Assembly: GCA_031458695.1 (NCBI GenBank) | Contig: JAVKJW010000024.1 | Coordinates: 1 to 36,226 of the forward strand | DNA length: 36,226 nt | Source: Candidatus Thermofontivivens primus | GTDB lineage: Bacteria; Sysuimicrobiota; Sysuimicrobiia; Sysuimicrobiales; Thermofontiviventaceae | Direction: 5' to 3' | Shown: in pieces, positions 9,709 through 19,317 of the stretch | Layout of the letters: each line of letters starts with the position of its first letter | How positions within the stretch are numbered: position 1 is the first letter of the stretch | The notes under the pieces: generated by a model | Databases searched by the model: none | The model's input: only the letters and a program-made list of their open reading frames with translations | What the model was told of the DNA's origin: nothing | Translations under genes and position numbers: made by a program

Positions 9709-10977
9709 GTGCTGGGTGGGTTGGTTAACGCGCTGCGCATCCCGGACCTGCGAAGGCGAGTGCTGTTCACTGCCTTCATGCTCATCCTCTACCGTCTAGG
9801 AGCCCATATCCCTGTTCCGGGCGTTGATGTGACAGCGATCCAGCGGCTCTTCCGCCAGCAGGGGAATATCTTTAATCTCCTCGATCTGTTCGTCGGGGGC
9901 GCCCTTTCCCGGTTCGCCCTGTTCGCTCTAGGCGTCTTCCCTTACATTACTGCCTCCATTATCATGAGTCTCCTCCAAGTGGTCTTCCCCCAGCTCAAGG
10001 AGATGGCGACCGAGGAGGGGGAAGCGGGGAGGCGGAGGCTTGCGCAATACACGAGATACCTGACCGTGGTCCTGGCAGTGATCCAGGCGATCGGCCAGAC
10101 CTTCCTCATCCGGAACCTGGGGGCTCTCCCGGATCAGCGGCCACTGACCTTCGCCCTGATTGTGAGCACCCTCACAGCCGGGACGATGGTGCTCACCTGG
10201 ATGGGCGAGATCATGACGGAATATGGAGTGGGGAACGGGGTCTCCCTTCTCATCTTTGGGGGGATCGTAGCGAGGCTCCCCGACCAGACAGCGCGGACAG
10301 TTGCCCTTATCGGTGTGGGCGAGCTCGCCTGGTGGCAGTTCCTCCTGGACATCGCTGTGGTCCTGGCAAGCGTTGTCGTGGTGGTGGGCGCTACACTTGC
10401 AGTGCGCAAGATCCCGGTGCAGTATGCCAAGCGGGTGGTTGGGCGCAGAGTCTATGGCGGGCAATCTACTCACCTTCCCCTTCGCCTCATCCAGGCCGGG
10501 GTCATCCCCATTATCTTCGCCATCTCCGTCCTGCAGTTCCCTGGCACTATCGCCCAGTTCACCAACATCCCATGGATCCAGCGCGTTGGCCAGGAGATCC
10601 TTCCAGGCCGGCCCATCGGCGACCTGCTCTATTTCGTCTTGATCATCCTGTTCACTTACTTCTACACCGCTGTGAGCTTCGATCCGAACGAGATCTCTGA
10701 GAACATCAAGAAGTACGGGGGCTTCATCCCCGGGATCCGGCCGGGGAGGCCGACCACGGAATATCTCTCCAGGGTTGTGGACAGGTTGACCCTGGTGAGC
10801 GCTCTCCTCCTCGCGGTAATCGCCATCGCGCCTGTTTACCTTGTCCGCGGGACAGGAGTGTTGACGTTTTCTCTCTCTGGAACCGCCATGCTCATCGTCG
10901 TAGGAGTAGCCCTTGAGACCATGAAGCAAATCGAAGCATACGTTCTCATGCGTCACTACGAGGGGTTCATGCGGTGA
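9709..10977 (+). CDS. secY: Preprotein translocase subunit SecY
   Basis: YRLGAHIPVPG, FALGVFPYITASII, GVGNGVSLLI, GFIPGIRPG motifs; multiple hydrophobic segments. Confidence 0.98.
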   Translation: MLGGLVNALRIPDLRRRVLFTAFMLILYRLGAHIPVPGVDVTAIQRLFRQQGNIFNLLDLFVGGALSRFALFALGVFPYITASIIMSLLQVVFPQLKEMATEEGEAGRRRLAQYTRYLTVVLAVIQAIGQTFLIRNLGALPDQRPLTFALIVSTLTAGTMVLTWMGEIMTEYGVGNGVSLLIFGGIVARLPDQTARTVALIGVGELAWWQFLLDIAVVLASVVVVVGATLAVRKIPVQYAKRVVGRRVYGGQSTHLPLRLIQAGVIPIIFAISVLQFPGTIAQFTNIPWIQRVGQEILPGRPIGDLLYFVLIILFTYFYTAVSFDPNEISENIKKYGGFIPGIRPGRPTTEYLSRVVDRLTLVSALLLAVIAIAPVYLVRGTGVLTFSLSGTAMLIVVGVALETMKQIEAYVLMRHYEGFMR

Positions 10978-11672
10978 ACCTGATCTTCCTAGGGCCTCCA
11001 GGAGCAGGGAAGGGAACGCAGGCCAGGCTCCTGCAGGCGCGGCGGGGGATTCCCCAGATTTCTACCGGAGATATCCTCAGAGAAGCCATCGCCCGGGGGA
11101 GCGAGCTCGGTCGTAAAGCTAAGGAATACGTGGAGCGGGGGAATCTGGTGCCAGACGAGGTGATGGTCGAAATCATCGCCGAACGTCTGGCGCAGCCCGA
11201 TGCCCAGGAGGGGTTCGTCCTCGACGGATTTCCCAGGACCGTGGCCCAGGCCAGGTCCCTGGAGGAGCTTCTCGCACGCCAAGGGCGGAGGATCACGGCG
11301 GTGATCTACTTTCACCTTCCGGAGGAGAAGATCGTGCAGCGCTTATCCGGGAGGCTGATCTGCACGCGGTGTGGGGCTATCTATCATGTAGACCATCATC
11401 CTCCTCGGCAACTGGGGAGATGCGACATATGTGGGGGCCCCCTCTACCAGAGGGACGATGACCGACCTGAGGTGGTGCGGAGGAGACTCCAGGTCTACCG
11501 GCAAGAGACGGAACCCCTCGTGGAGTTCTACAAAGAGAGGGGACTCCTGTTCCTCGTGGATGCTTCCCAGGGGGTGGAAGCGCTGCACCAAACGATCTTG
11601 CGTATCGCCGGGGCTTCCCCTGAGGGCCAGGAGGGACAGGCTGAGACTCGGGAGGCCCGGGCGGACCGATGA
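10974..11672 (+). CDS. adk: Adenylate kinase with Zn-binding LID
   Basis: GPPGAGKGTQ P-loop, STGDILR, LDGFPRT; LID CTRC...CDIC. Confidence 0.97.
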   Translation: MNLIFLGPPGAGKGTQARLLQARRGIPQISTGDILREAIARGSELGRKAKEYVERGNLVPDEVMVEIIAERLAQPDAQEGFVLDGFPRTVAQARSLEELLARQGRRITAVIYFHLPEEKIVQRLSGRLICTRCGAIYHVDHHPPRQLGRCDICGGPLYQRDDDRPEVVRRRLQVYRQETEPLVEFYKERGLLFLVDASQGVEALHQTILRIAGASPEGQEGQAETREARADR

Positions 11673-12448
11673 AGGGGCAGGCGCGGATTGTCCTGAAGAA
11701 CAAGGAGGAGATCGCTCGGATGCGGAAAGCTGGCCGTCTGGCGGCAATGGCCTTGCGCGAAGTGGTACAAGCCGTAAGGCCTGGGGTTACCACATTAGAG
11801 CTGGATACCATCGCCGAGACGTATATCCGAGCGCACGGGGGAGTCCCTTCTTTTAAGGGCTACCGTGGATACCCGGCGAGTATTTGTGTCTCCATCAACG
11901 ATGAGGTGGTCCATGGGATCCCCTCTCAGCGCAGACTGAAACGGGGAGAGATCGTCTCCATTGATCTTGGGGTGTTTGTGGATGGATTCCATGGGGATGT
12001 TGCTGTGACCGTCCCTGTAGGAGAGGTGAACAAGGAACTCCTTCGCCTCCTGGAGTGTGCGCGGGAAGCTCTCTACCAGGGGATCGCCCAGGCCAAACCA
12101 GGGAACCGGTTGGGGGATATCTCTTTTGCCATCCAGGCGTGTGCCGAGAAGTGTGGCTTCTCGGTGGTGCGGGAGTATGCCGGCCATGGAATCGGCCGCC
12201 AGCTCCACGAGGATCCCCAAGTCCCAAACTACGGAGTGCCTGGAACGGGAATTGTCCTGAGGTCCGGGATGACCCTGGCCATTGAGCCCATGGTAAACCT
12301 GGGGGGTGCGGAGGTCGTGGTCGGGCCTGACGGGTGGACGGTCCGGACCCGGGATGGCCTTCCCTCCGCACACTTCGAACATACCGTGGCCATCGGGGAG
12401 GAAGGCCCGGAGATCTTGACTAGACTCCCTGGAGATAGTCTGATATAA
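11669..12448 (+). CDS. map: Type I methionine aminopeptidase
   Basis: VVHGIP, GFHGD, GHGIGRQLHEDP, AIEPM, AHFEHT motifs. Confidence 0.97.
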   Translation: MKGQARIVLKNKEEIARMRKAGRLAAMALREVVQAVRPGVTTLELDTIAETYIRAHGGVPSFKGYRGYPASICVSINDEVVHGIPSQRRLKRGEIVSIDLGVFVDGFHGDVAVTVPVGEVNKELLRLLECAREALYQGIAQAKPGNRLGDISFAIQACAEKCGFSVVREYAGHGIGRQLHEDPQVPNYGVPGTGIVLRSGMTLAIEPMVNLGGAEVVVGPDGWTVRTRDGLPSAHFEHTVAIGEEGPEILTRLPGDSLI

Positions 12449-12449
12449 T
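12421..12449 (+). promoter_or_regulatory. Putative sigma70-type internal promoter overlapping the map stop
   Basis: TAGACT (12421) - 17 nt - TATAAT (12444) with extended -10 TG at 12441. Confidence 0.55.
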
Positions 12450-12586
12450 AACCTGTTGTCACGCCAGGGGAGGGCCTTTTCGCAAGCAAAGTGGCCTCAG
12501 AACACGCTCCTTGGGAAGAACTTGCTGGGGACCTGTTCCATGAAGGGGCCCCGGAGGAGTCAAAAGACTTGCCGGGGTACAAAACG

Positions 12587-12865
12587 ATGGGGCGTGCGGA
12601 CGAGCTGCTGGGAAGCATCGTGGTCTCCCGCGCGGGCCGGGACGAGGGGGAGCACTACCTGGTCATCGGCACGCTTGGCGAGGGTATGGTCCTGCTCGCA
12701 GATGGGGACCGCCGCCCTGTGGACCGCCCCAAGAAGAAGAACATCAAGCATGTTCGCGTGGTCGAGGTGGACCCTGCGCTCAAGGAGAAGCTGACCTCAG
12801 GCGGGCAGGTCACCGATGCGGAGGTTCGGGCTGCCCTGCTACGGAGCCTGAGCAAAATCTCTTGA
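12587..12865 (+). CDS. KOW-domain RNA-binding protein (L14e-like; the small gene between map and infA in many Bacillota)
   Basis: GSIVVSRAGRDEG..Y.VIG..LLADGDRRPVDRPKKKNIKHV motif; start uncertain. Confidence 0.85.
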   Translation: MGRADELLGSIVVSRAGRDEGEHYLVIGTLGEGMVLLADGDRRPVDRPKKKNIKHVRVVEVDPALKEKLTSGGQVTDAEVRAALLRSLSKIS

Positions 12866-12998
12866 GTGGATCTTTCTAGGACGAGGCTCGTACTTTACAC
12901 CCTGAAATGCTCTGCGTTGTGGGGAACTATTGAGAGAGGCCCGGCAAAAGTCAAGGAGCCTATTGCCGGGGTACTCAAAGGTGGATCTCGGGAGGCCT

Positions 12999-13223
12999 AT
13001 GGTCAAGCAAAAGAAGGACGTTGTGGAGATCGATGGGACGGTGGTGGAAGTCCTTCCCAACGCCATGTTCCGGGTAGAACTCCCGAGTGGACACCGGATC
13101 CTTGCACACATCGCTGGGAAGATGCGCATTCACTTCATCCGGATCCTCCCAGGGGACCGGGTGAAGGTAGAGCTCTCTCCCTACGACCCCACGCGGGGCC
13201 GGATTGTCTACCGGTATCGGTAG
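12999..13223 (+). CDS. infA: Translation initiation factor IF-1
   Basis: [40 protein letters not shown]. Confidence 0.98.
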   Translation: MVKQKKDVVEIDGTVVEVLPNAMFRVELPSGHRILAHIAGKMRIHFIRILPGDRVKVELSPYDPTRGRIVYRYR

Positions 13224-13285
13224 GTCGGGTGAAGCTTTTTCCTTGGCGATGCCGGGGCCTTGATCTTGGATAGGAGGTTTTTGGA

Positions 13286-13399
13286 GTGAAGATCAAAGTG
13301 TCCGTGAAGAGGATATGCGAGAAATGCAAGATCATCCGACGCGGTGGTCGTGTCTACGTGATTTGCGAGAACCCCAAACACAAGCAAAAGCAGGGGTAA
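13286..13399 (+). CDS. rpmJ: 50S ribosomal protein bL36 (Zn-ribbon form); missing from the ORF track
   Basis: GTG start after [43 protein letters not shown]. Confidence 0.97.
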   Translation: MKIKVSVKRICEKCKIIRRGGRVYVICENPKHKQKQG

Positions 13400-13473
13400 C
13401 GGGTGCAAGAATCGGCGCCCCGGTGAAATCGTTCTGAAAGATTTCTCACCGGGGGACCTTGGGAGGAGGAAAT

Positions 13474-13848
13474 ATGGCGCGTGTTGCTGGTGTGGACCTT
13501 CCACGGGATAAACGGGTGGAGATCGCTCTGACGTACATCTATGGGATCGGGTTGAGCCGGTCAAGGGAGATCCTGCGCGCGACTGGTGTGAACCCAAACA
13601 CTCGTGTGCGCGACCTGACCGAGGACGAGGTCAAACGGATCCGGGAGTTCATCGAGCGGAATTACAAGGTGGAGGGTGATCTCCGTCGTGAAGTCGCCAT
13701 GAACATCCGCAGGCTCGTGGAGATCGGCTGCTATCGGGGAATCCGGCACAAGCGAGGACTCCCTGTGCGGGGGCAGCGCACGCGCACGAATGCCCGAACG
13801 CGCAAGGGTCCACGGAAGACCGTTGGGGTTATGCGGAAGAAGAAGTAG
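13474..13848 (+). CDS. rpsM: 30S ribosomal protein uS13
   Basis: [36 protein letters not shown]. Confidence 0.98.
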   Translation: MARVAGVDLPRDKRVEIALTYIYGIGLSRSREILRATGVNPNTRVRDLTEDEVKRIREFIERNYKVEGDLRREVAMNIRRLVEIGCYRGIRHKRGLPVRGQRTRTNARTRKGPRKTVGVMRKKK

Positions 13849-13929
13849 TCGGAAACGCAGGCTCAATGGAGCTCGGGAAAAGTCTAGAGAACGATGGGTG
13901 TGTACTTCCTGGCGTGAGGAGGATCAGAG

Positions 13930-14316
13930 ATGGGTAGGAAAGCAGGCCGGGGACGGCGTGAGCGGAAGAACGTTCCAATGGGGATTGCGCACATTAAGTC
14001 GACGTTTAATAATACCATCGTGACCATTAGCGACCCTCAGGGAAACGTCCTTGCCTGGGCAAGTGCAGGAACGGTGGGGTTCAAGGGTTCCCGGAAGGGG
14101 ACCCCCTACGCTGCGGGTTTGGCAGCGGAGTCAGCGGCGAAGAAGGCGATGGAGCATGGGGTTCGCCAGGTAGAGGTATACGTAAAAGGTCCAGGAGCGG
14201 GGCGGGAGGCTGCCATCCGATCCCTGCAGGCGGCCGGGCTGGAGATCAGCCTCATTAAGGATGTCACCCCCATTCCTCACGACGGCTGCCGTCCCCCCAA
14301 GCGCAGAAGAGTATAG
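13930..14316 (+). CDS. rpsK: 30S ribosomal protein uS11
   Basis: [40 protein letters not shown]. Confidence 0.98.
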   Translation: MGRKAGRGRRERKNVPMGIAHIKSTFNNTIVTISDPQGNVLAWASAGTVGFKGSRKGTPYAAGLAAESAAKKAMEHGVRQVEVYVKGPGAGREAAIRSLQAAGLEISLIKDVTPIPHDGCRPPKRRRV

Positions 14317-14349
14317 GGAATAAGCAGGAGAAGGAGCGAGGAGGAAGGT

Positions 14350-14979
14350 ATGGGGAGATATACTGAAGCAGTCTGTAGGTTATGCCGTCGTGAGGGGATG
14401 AAGCTTTACCTCAAGGGGGAGAAGTGCTTCACCGAGAAATGCCCCGTCCACAAGCGCCCCTTTCCACCGGGAATGCATGGTCAGGGGGTCCGGCACAAGA
14501 CCAGCGAGTTCGGGTTGCGCCTCCGGGAGAAGCAGAAACTTCGCCGCATCTACGGCGTCCTTGAGCGGCAGTTTAAGCGTTACTTTGAGATCGCCTCCAA
14601 GGCAAAGGGGGTCACGGGAACCCGGCTGCTCCAGATCCTCGAATCCCGGCTGGACAACGTGGTGTACCGGCTTGGCCTGGCAGCCTCTCGGAAAGAGGCC
14701 CGCATGCTCGTCACCCATGGCCATATCGCTGTCAACGGTCGCAGGGTGAACATTCCTTCCTACCTGGTATCGCCTGGTGATGTGATTACCTTGACGGCGA
14801 GGGGAAGGGAGAATGCGCGGGTGCAAAGCCTTCTCGCTGAGGCTGGTGCTCGCGGCCGCCCGGGCTGGCTGGAGTTCAACCCTGAGACCCTTGAGGCAAG
14901 GGTCCTTGGCCTCCCCTCCCGGGAGGAGATCGATGTGCCCGTCAACGAGCAACTCGTTGTAGAGTACTACTCCCGCTGA
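14350..14979 (+). CDS. rpsD: 30S ribosomal protein uS4 (Cys-containing N-terminus)
   Basis: [43 protein letters not shown]. Confidence 0.98.
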   Translation: MGRYTEAVCRLCRREGMKLYLKGEKCFTEKCPVHKRPFPPGMHGQGVRHKTSEFGLRLREKQKLRRIYGVLERQFKRYFEIASKAKGVTGTRLLQILESRLDNVVYRLGLAASRKEARMLVTHGHIAVNGRRVNIPSYLVSPGDVITLTARGRENARVQSLLAEAGARGRPGWLEFNPETLEARVLGLPSREEIDVPVNEQLVVEYYSR

Positions 14980-15001
14980 GATGGTGGGGAGGAGGTCTGG
15001 T

Positions 15002-15958
15002 ATGATCTGGGAGATTGTGTCGAAACCGAGGGTTGAGTTTGTCGAGCTCTCTGATACCTACGGGAAATTCGTAGTAGAACCCCTGGACCGGGGGTTTGGG
15101 GTGACCTTGGGGAATTCCCTCCGCAGGGTCCTGCTTTCCTCCATTCCCGGTGCCGCCGTGACCTCTGTGAAGATCGAAGGGGTTCTCCACGAGTTCTCCA
15201 CGATCCCAGGGGTGGTGGAGGACGTCACCCAAATCATCTTAAACCTGAAAGAACTCACCCTGAAGCTCCACACCGACAAGCCGAAGCTGCTCCGGTTGGA
15301 AGTGAAAGGGAAGAAAGAGGTCACTGCCGGGGATATCCAACCTGATCCAGATGTAGAGATCCTGAACCCGGACCTTCATATCGCCACCTTGGATTCCAAG
15401 AACGCGCGCCTTGCCATGGAGATCGTCGTGGAGAGGGGGAAAGGGTACGTCCCGGCCGAACAGCACAAGAAGAGCGAGCATGTCATCGGAGTAATCCCGG
15501 TAGACTCCATTTTCTCCCCTATCCAGAAGGTAAACTATACCGTGGAGGATACCCGGGTCGGCCACTCCAGCAACTACGACCGGCTCATCCTGGAGGTGTG
15601 GACCAACGGTGCGATTCGTCCAGACGAGGCCGTCCGGGAGGCGAGCAGGATCCTGATCGACCACTTCAAGCTGTTCACGGGAATTGCCGAGGAGGCAGCG
15701 GTGCCGTCCCGGGAGGAAGCTCTCGTGGACAGTCACCTCACCAAGTTGTACGCTATGCCCATTGAGGAGCTGGAGCTGTCGGTACGGCCGTACAACTGCC
15801 TGAAGCGGGCCGGGATCCATACCGTTGGAGACTTGGTGAGCCGCACGGAGGAGGAGATCATCAGCGTGAAGAACTTCGGCCGGAAATCCCTGGACGAGGT
15901 GAAGGAGAAGCTCGCAAACCTCGGTCTCTCTCTGAAGAGGGAGCAGGAGGACCGCTGA
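15002..15958 (+). CDS. rpoA: RNA polymerase alpha subunit
   Basis: [35 protein letters not shown], alpha-[18 protein letters not shown]. Confidence 0.98.
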   Translation: MIWEIVSKPRVEFVELSDTYGKFVVEPLDRGFGVTLGNSLRRVLLSSIPGAAVTSVKIEGVLHEFSTIPGVVEDVTQIILNLKELTLKLHTDKPKLLRLEVKGKKEVTAGDIQPDPDVEILNPDLHIATLDSKNARLAMEIVVERGKGYVPAEQHKKSEHVIGVIPVDSIFSPIQKVNYTVEDTRVGHSSNYDRLILEVWTNGAIRPDEAVREASRILIDHFKLFTGIAEEAAVPSREEALVDSHLTKLYAMPIEELELSVRPYNCLKRAGIHTVGDLVSRTEEEIISVKNFGRKSLDEVKEKLANLGLSLKREQEDR

Positions 15959-15974
15959 AACCTGGGAGGAGGCA

Positions 15975-16358
15975 ATGGGGATGGGACTAGGAAGGCCAAC
16001 CCGAAAGCTGGGGCGGGATACTGGGGAGCGCTTTGCCCTGTTCCGCAACCAGGTGAGCGCCCTCCTTCTCCACGAGCGCATTGAGACCACGGAGGCCAAG
16101 GCGAAGGAGATCAAGAAAATCGCTGACCGCATCGTAGGCATGGCGATGAAGGGAGACCTGCACGCGATGCGCGAGGTACGGCGGTTCCTCACGGACAAGG
16201 AAGCGGTGAAGAAACTCTTTACGATCATCGCCCCCCGCTATGCGGGGAGGCAAGGTGGCTACACACGCGTGGTCAAGCTCGGCCCCCGAAGGGGGGATGC
16301 CGCTCCCATGGCGATTGTGGAGTTGGTCCCGGCCCAACCCGAGGCCAGGGGCAGCTGA
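15975..16358 (+). CDS. rplQ: 50S ribosomal protein bL17
   Basis: RKLGRD, ERIETTEAKAKE, GGYTRVVK, RRGDAAPMA. Confidence 0.96.
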   Translation: MGMGLGRPTRKLGRDTGERFALFRNQVSALLLHERIETTEAKAKEIKKIADRIVGMAMKGDLHAMREVRRFLTDKEAVKKLFTIIAPRYAGRQGGYTRVVKLGPRRGDAAPMAIVELVPAQPEARGS

Positions 16359-16562
16359 TGCAGCAGGAGTTCAGAGCACAGGATTTCCGCTCCATCCCCA
16401 TCTGAGTACCTCCGCAAAAGTCTGTATGACTTTTGTCGGGTGCCTTTCCTCACGGGGTGCCAAATTCTGGGTCCTCAAGCGAAGACCTGTCCAAGGATCC
16501 GCTGGGGCTAGGGAGAAGGACTGGGATCCCACGAAACGCAGGAGAGTTTCCGTGAGGAACAT

Positions 16563-18344
16563 ATGGCTGGGGATGTCCTGATCAAAATCCGTAACCTGCG
16601 CCATGTCTACAATCCCGGAACTCCTGAGGAGGTCCTTGCCCTGGACGGCATCTCCCTGGAGATCCGCGAGGGAGAATTCGTGGCCATCGTCGGTGCGAAT
16701 GGGTCGGGGAAGTCCACCCTGGCCAAGCACCTGAACGCCCTCCTCCTCCCTACCGAGGGAGAGGTCTTGATCGCCGGGATGGATACAAGGCGGCCAGAGT
16801 ACCTGTGGGAAATCCGCCAGCAGGTAGGCATGGTCTTCCAGAACCCGGACAACCAGATCGTGGCCACAGTGGTGGAAGAGGATGTGGCGTTCGGACCGGA
16901 GAACCTAGGGCTCCCGCCTGAGGAGATCCGCCGCCGCGTGGAGGAGGCGCTTCGCGCCGTCCATCTCGAGGAGCTCCGGCACCACGAGCCCCATCTTCTC
17001 TCCGGAGGCCAGAAACAGCGCGTGGCCATTGCAGGAATCCTTGCCATGCGTCCACGGTGTATCGTCCTGGATGAGGCAACCTCCATGCTGGATCCCCAGG
17101 GCCAGCAGGAGGTTCTGGCCACGGTCCGGCGTCTCAACGCGGAAGGGATCACCATTGTCTTCATCACCCACTCCATGGATGAGGCGGCCCTCGCGAGTCG
17201 AGTCCTGGTGATGGACAAGGGACACATCGTCCTCGATGGCCCCCCCCAGGAAGTCTTTAGCAAGCCCGCGGAGTTGCGTCGGCTCCACCTCAACGTCCCG
17301 CAGGCTGTTCAGCTTGCCGAGCTTCTGCGCCAGGAGGGTCTCCCCATCCCCCGGGGAATTGTGACACCAGGAGAACTCGTCGAAGCGATCTGGTCCCTTG
17401 TTCCCCGATTCGCCAAGGCAGGGAATTGGACTCTGGCGAGTCTTGCTCTAGAGAACTCCAGGAAGGCGATGCAGGGGAACGAACAGACTGCGATCACGTG
17501 TGAGGACGTGCACTACATCTACCTCCGGGGGACTCCCATGGAAACCGTGGCCCTCCGGGGAGTAAATCTCCGGATTCCTGCGGGAGAGGCAACAGGGATC
17601 ATTGGCCCAACTGGATCTGGGAAGTCTACTCTCATCCAGCATTTCAATGGCCTCCTTCGCCCAACCGCAGGGCGGATATGGGTTGACTCGATAGAACTCC
17701 CCGCAAGTGGCGCCGTCCTTCGGGAACTCCGGCAGAAGGTCGGACTTGTCTTCCAGTATCCTGAACACCAGCTATTTGAAGAAACTGTGTATGATGACGT
17801 TGCCTTTGGGCCGCGGAACATGGGATTGGGAGAGGAAGAGGTTTCCCGCCGCGTGCGGCAAGCCCTGGAGCTTGTGGGGTTGGATCCAGGGCGCTTCGGG
17901 AAGCGGTCCCCCTTCTCCCTCTCCGAAGGGGAGATGCGGCGGGTGGCCATCGCTGGAGTCTTGGCCATGGACCCACGGGTGCTTGTCCTCGATGAACCTA
18001 CCGCTGGCCTTGACCCCAGAGGAAGGGAAGAGATCCTTGCGCATCTCCAGACGCTCCGAGCGCGAGAAGAGGTCACTGTGATCGTGGTCAGCCATAGCAT
18101 TGATGAGCTTTCCTCCCTGACAGATCGCGTCGCTGTGCTCCATCAAGGGCGGGTCTACCTCGAAGGGACGACGCGAGAGGTCTTTTCCCAGGGGAAGCGC
18201 CTCGCAGCCATCGGGCTCCGTGTTCCAGTTGTCGCCGAGGTTCTGGAGAAGCTTCGAGAGCGTGGTCTTCCTGTCCGTACCGATGTCTTGACCGTAGAGG
18301 AAGCCAAGGAAACGATCCTGAAGGGGTTGAAGGCGTTCTCGTAA
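16563..18344 (+). CDS. ecfA: ECF transporter ATPase, EcfA1-EcfA2 tandem fusion
   Basis: Two ABC domains: GANGSGKST/FQNPDNQ/LSGGQ/DEAT and GPTGSGKST/FQYPEHQLF/LSEGE/DEPT; located after rplQ and before ecfT. Confidence 0.92.
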   Translation: MAGDVLIKIRNLRHVYNPGTPEEVLALDGISLEIREGEFVAIVGANGSGKSTLAKHLNALLLPTEGEVLIAGMDTRRPEYLWEIRQQVGMVFQNPDNQIVATVVEEDVAFGPENLGLPPEEIRRRVEEALRAVHLEELRHHEPHLLSGGQKQRVAIAGILAMRPRCIVLDEATSMLDPQGQQEVLATVRRLNAEGITIVFITHSMDEAALASRVLVMDKGHIVLDGPPQEVFSKPAELRRLHLNVPQAVQLAELLRQEGLPIPRGIVTPGELVEAIWSLVPRFAKAGNWTLASLALENSRKAMQGNEQTAITCEDVHYIYLRGTPMETVALRGVNLRIPAGEATGIIGPTGSGKSTLIQHFNGLLRPTAGRIWVDSIELPASGAVLRELRQKVGLVFQYPEHQLFEETVYDDVAFGPRNMGLGEEEVSRRVRQALELVGLDPGRFGKRSPFSLSEGEMRRVAIAGVLAMDPRVLVLDEPTAGLDPRGREEILAHLQTLRAREEVTVIVVSHSIDELSSLTDRVAVLHQGRVYLEGTTREVFSQGKRLAAIGLRVPVVAEVLEKLRERGLPVRTDVLTVEEAKETILKGLKAFS

Positions 18345-18354
18345 GGGGGCGAGG

Positions 18355-19182
18355 ATGGAGCTCCTCCGGTATGTGACCATTGGACAATATATCCCTCGGG
18401 ACTCGCCAGTCCACCGGCTTGATCCCAGAACGAAGCTCCTGGCCGTTCTGGTATGGATGGTCGTGATCTTCTTTGTGCGTGACTTCGTAGGGTACTCCCT
18501 GTTCACGGTCGTTCTCCTCACCCTGCTTGCTGTAGCCCAGATTCCCTTGGGTTACGTTCTCAAGGGGCTGCGCCCCGTCCTCTTCCTGCTCGTGCTCACC
18601 CTCGTTCTCAATATCTTGTTTAGCGGACCCGCGGAAGGGAAGGTCCTCTGGCGCTTCGGACCCTTCGCTGCCACGCAAGAGGGGTTGATCCGGGGCCTCT
18701 TTGTGGGATACCGGCTCGTGCTCCTAGTCGTCGTTACCTCTCTCCTCACCTTCACCACCTCACCCGTGGATCTCACCGATGGCATTGAGCGGTTGCTCCG
18801 CCCCTTCCGTCGGTTCGGGGTCCCCGCTCACGAACTGGCGATGATGATGACCATCGCCCTGCGCTTCATCCCCACGTTGCTGTCTGAAACAGAGAAGATC
18901 ATCAAGGCCCAGATGGCGAGGGGAGCGGACTTTGAACGAGGGAACATTCTCCGCAGGGCCAGGGCTTTCATCCCCGTGCTGGTCCCGCTGTTCTTGAGTG
19001 CCTTCCGCAGGGCCGAAGAGCTGGCCCTGGCCATGGAGGCGCGATGCTATCACGGGGGAGAGAACCGTACCCGGATGAAACAGCTTGCCTTCCGGCGTGG
19101 CGATGTGGTCGCTTGGATCTTCGTCGCCCTTTCTTCTGGACTCTTCCTGATCCCTGCTGACATCTGGTTGACTAGACTATAA
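18355..19182 (+). CDS. ecfT: ECF transporter transmembrane component T
   Basis: GQYIP.DS..HRLDPRTK, IALRFIPTL, AQMARG, AMEARCY motifs. Confidence 0.95.
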   Translation: MELLRYVTIGQYIPRDSPVHRLDPRTKLLAVLVWMVVIFFVRDFVGYSLFTVVLLTLLAVAQIPLGYVLKGLRPVLFLLVLTLVLNILFSGPAEGKVLWRFGPFAATQEGLIRGLFVGYRLVLLVVVTSLLTFTTSPVDLTDGIERLLRPFRRFGVPAHELAMMMTIALRFIPTLLSETEKIIKAQMARGADFERGNILRRARAFIPVLVPLFLSAFRRAEELALAMEARCYHGGENRTRMKQLAFRRGDVVAWIFVALSSGLFLIPADIWLTRL

Positions 19183-19206
19183 GGGCACGGCGCCGCTGGC
19201 CCCTAC
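19179..19206 (-). repeat. GTAG-type REP-like palindrome
   Basis: Minus strand gtaggggccagcggcgccgtgcccttat, closely similar to the copy at 23955..23983. Confidence 0.7.
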
Positions 19207-19251
19207 ACAGGCAATTGAGAGGGCGTAATTCCTACCGAGTCTCTACCTTGT

Positions 19252-19314
19252 ACAGACCGTGTAGACCGTGGAGACTGTGTAGACCGTGTAGACTGTGTAG
19301 ACCGTGGAGACCCT
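19252..19314 (+). repeat. 9-nt tandem array, consensus GTAGACCGT, 7 units
   Basis: acagaccgt gtagaccgt ggagactgt gtagaccgt gtagactgt gtagaccgt ggagaccct. Confidence 0.92.
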
Positions 19315-19317
19315 AGA

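Noticed and set aside
16359..16562. Vitamin riboswitch upstream of the ECF genes
   Set aside because: No TPP, FMN, cobalamin or SAM consensus recognisable; the hairpins match the dispersed palindrome family instead
19252..19314. Tandem array as a CRISPR array
   Set aside because: Units are 9 nt and contiguous with no unique spacers, and no cas genes are present
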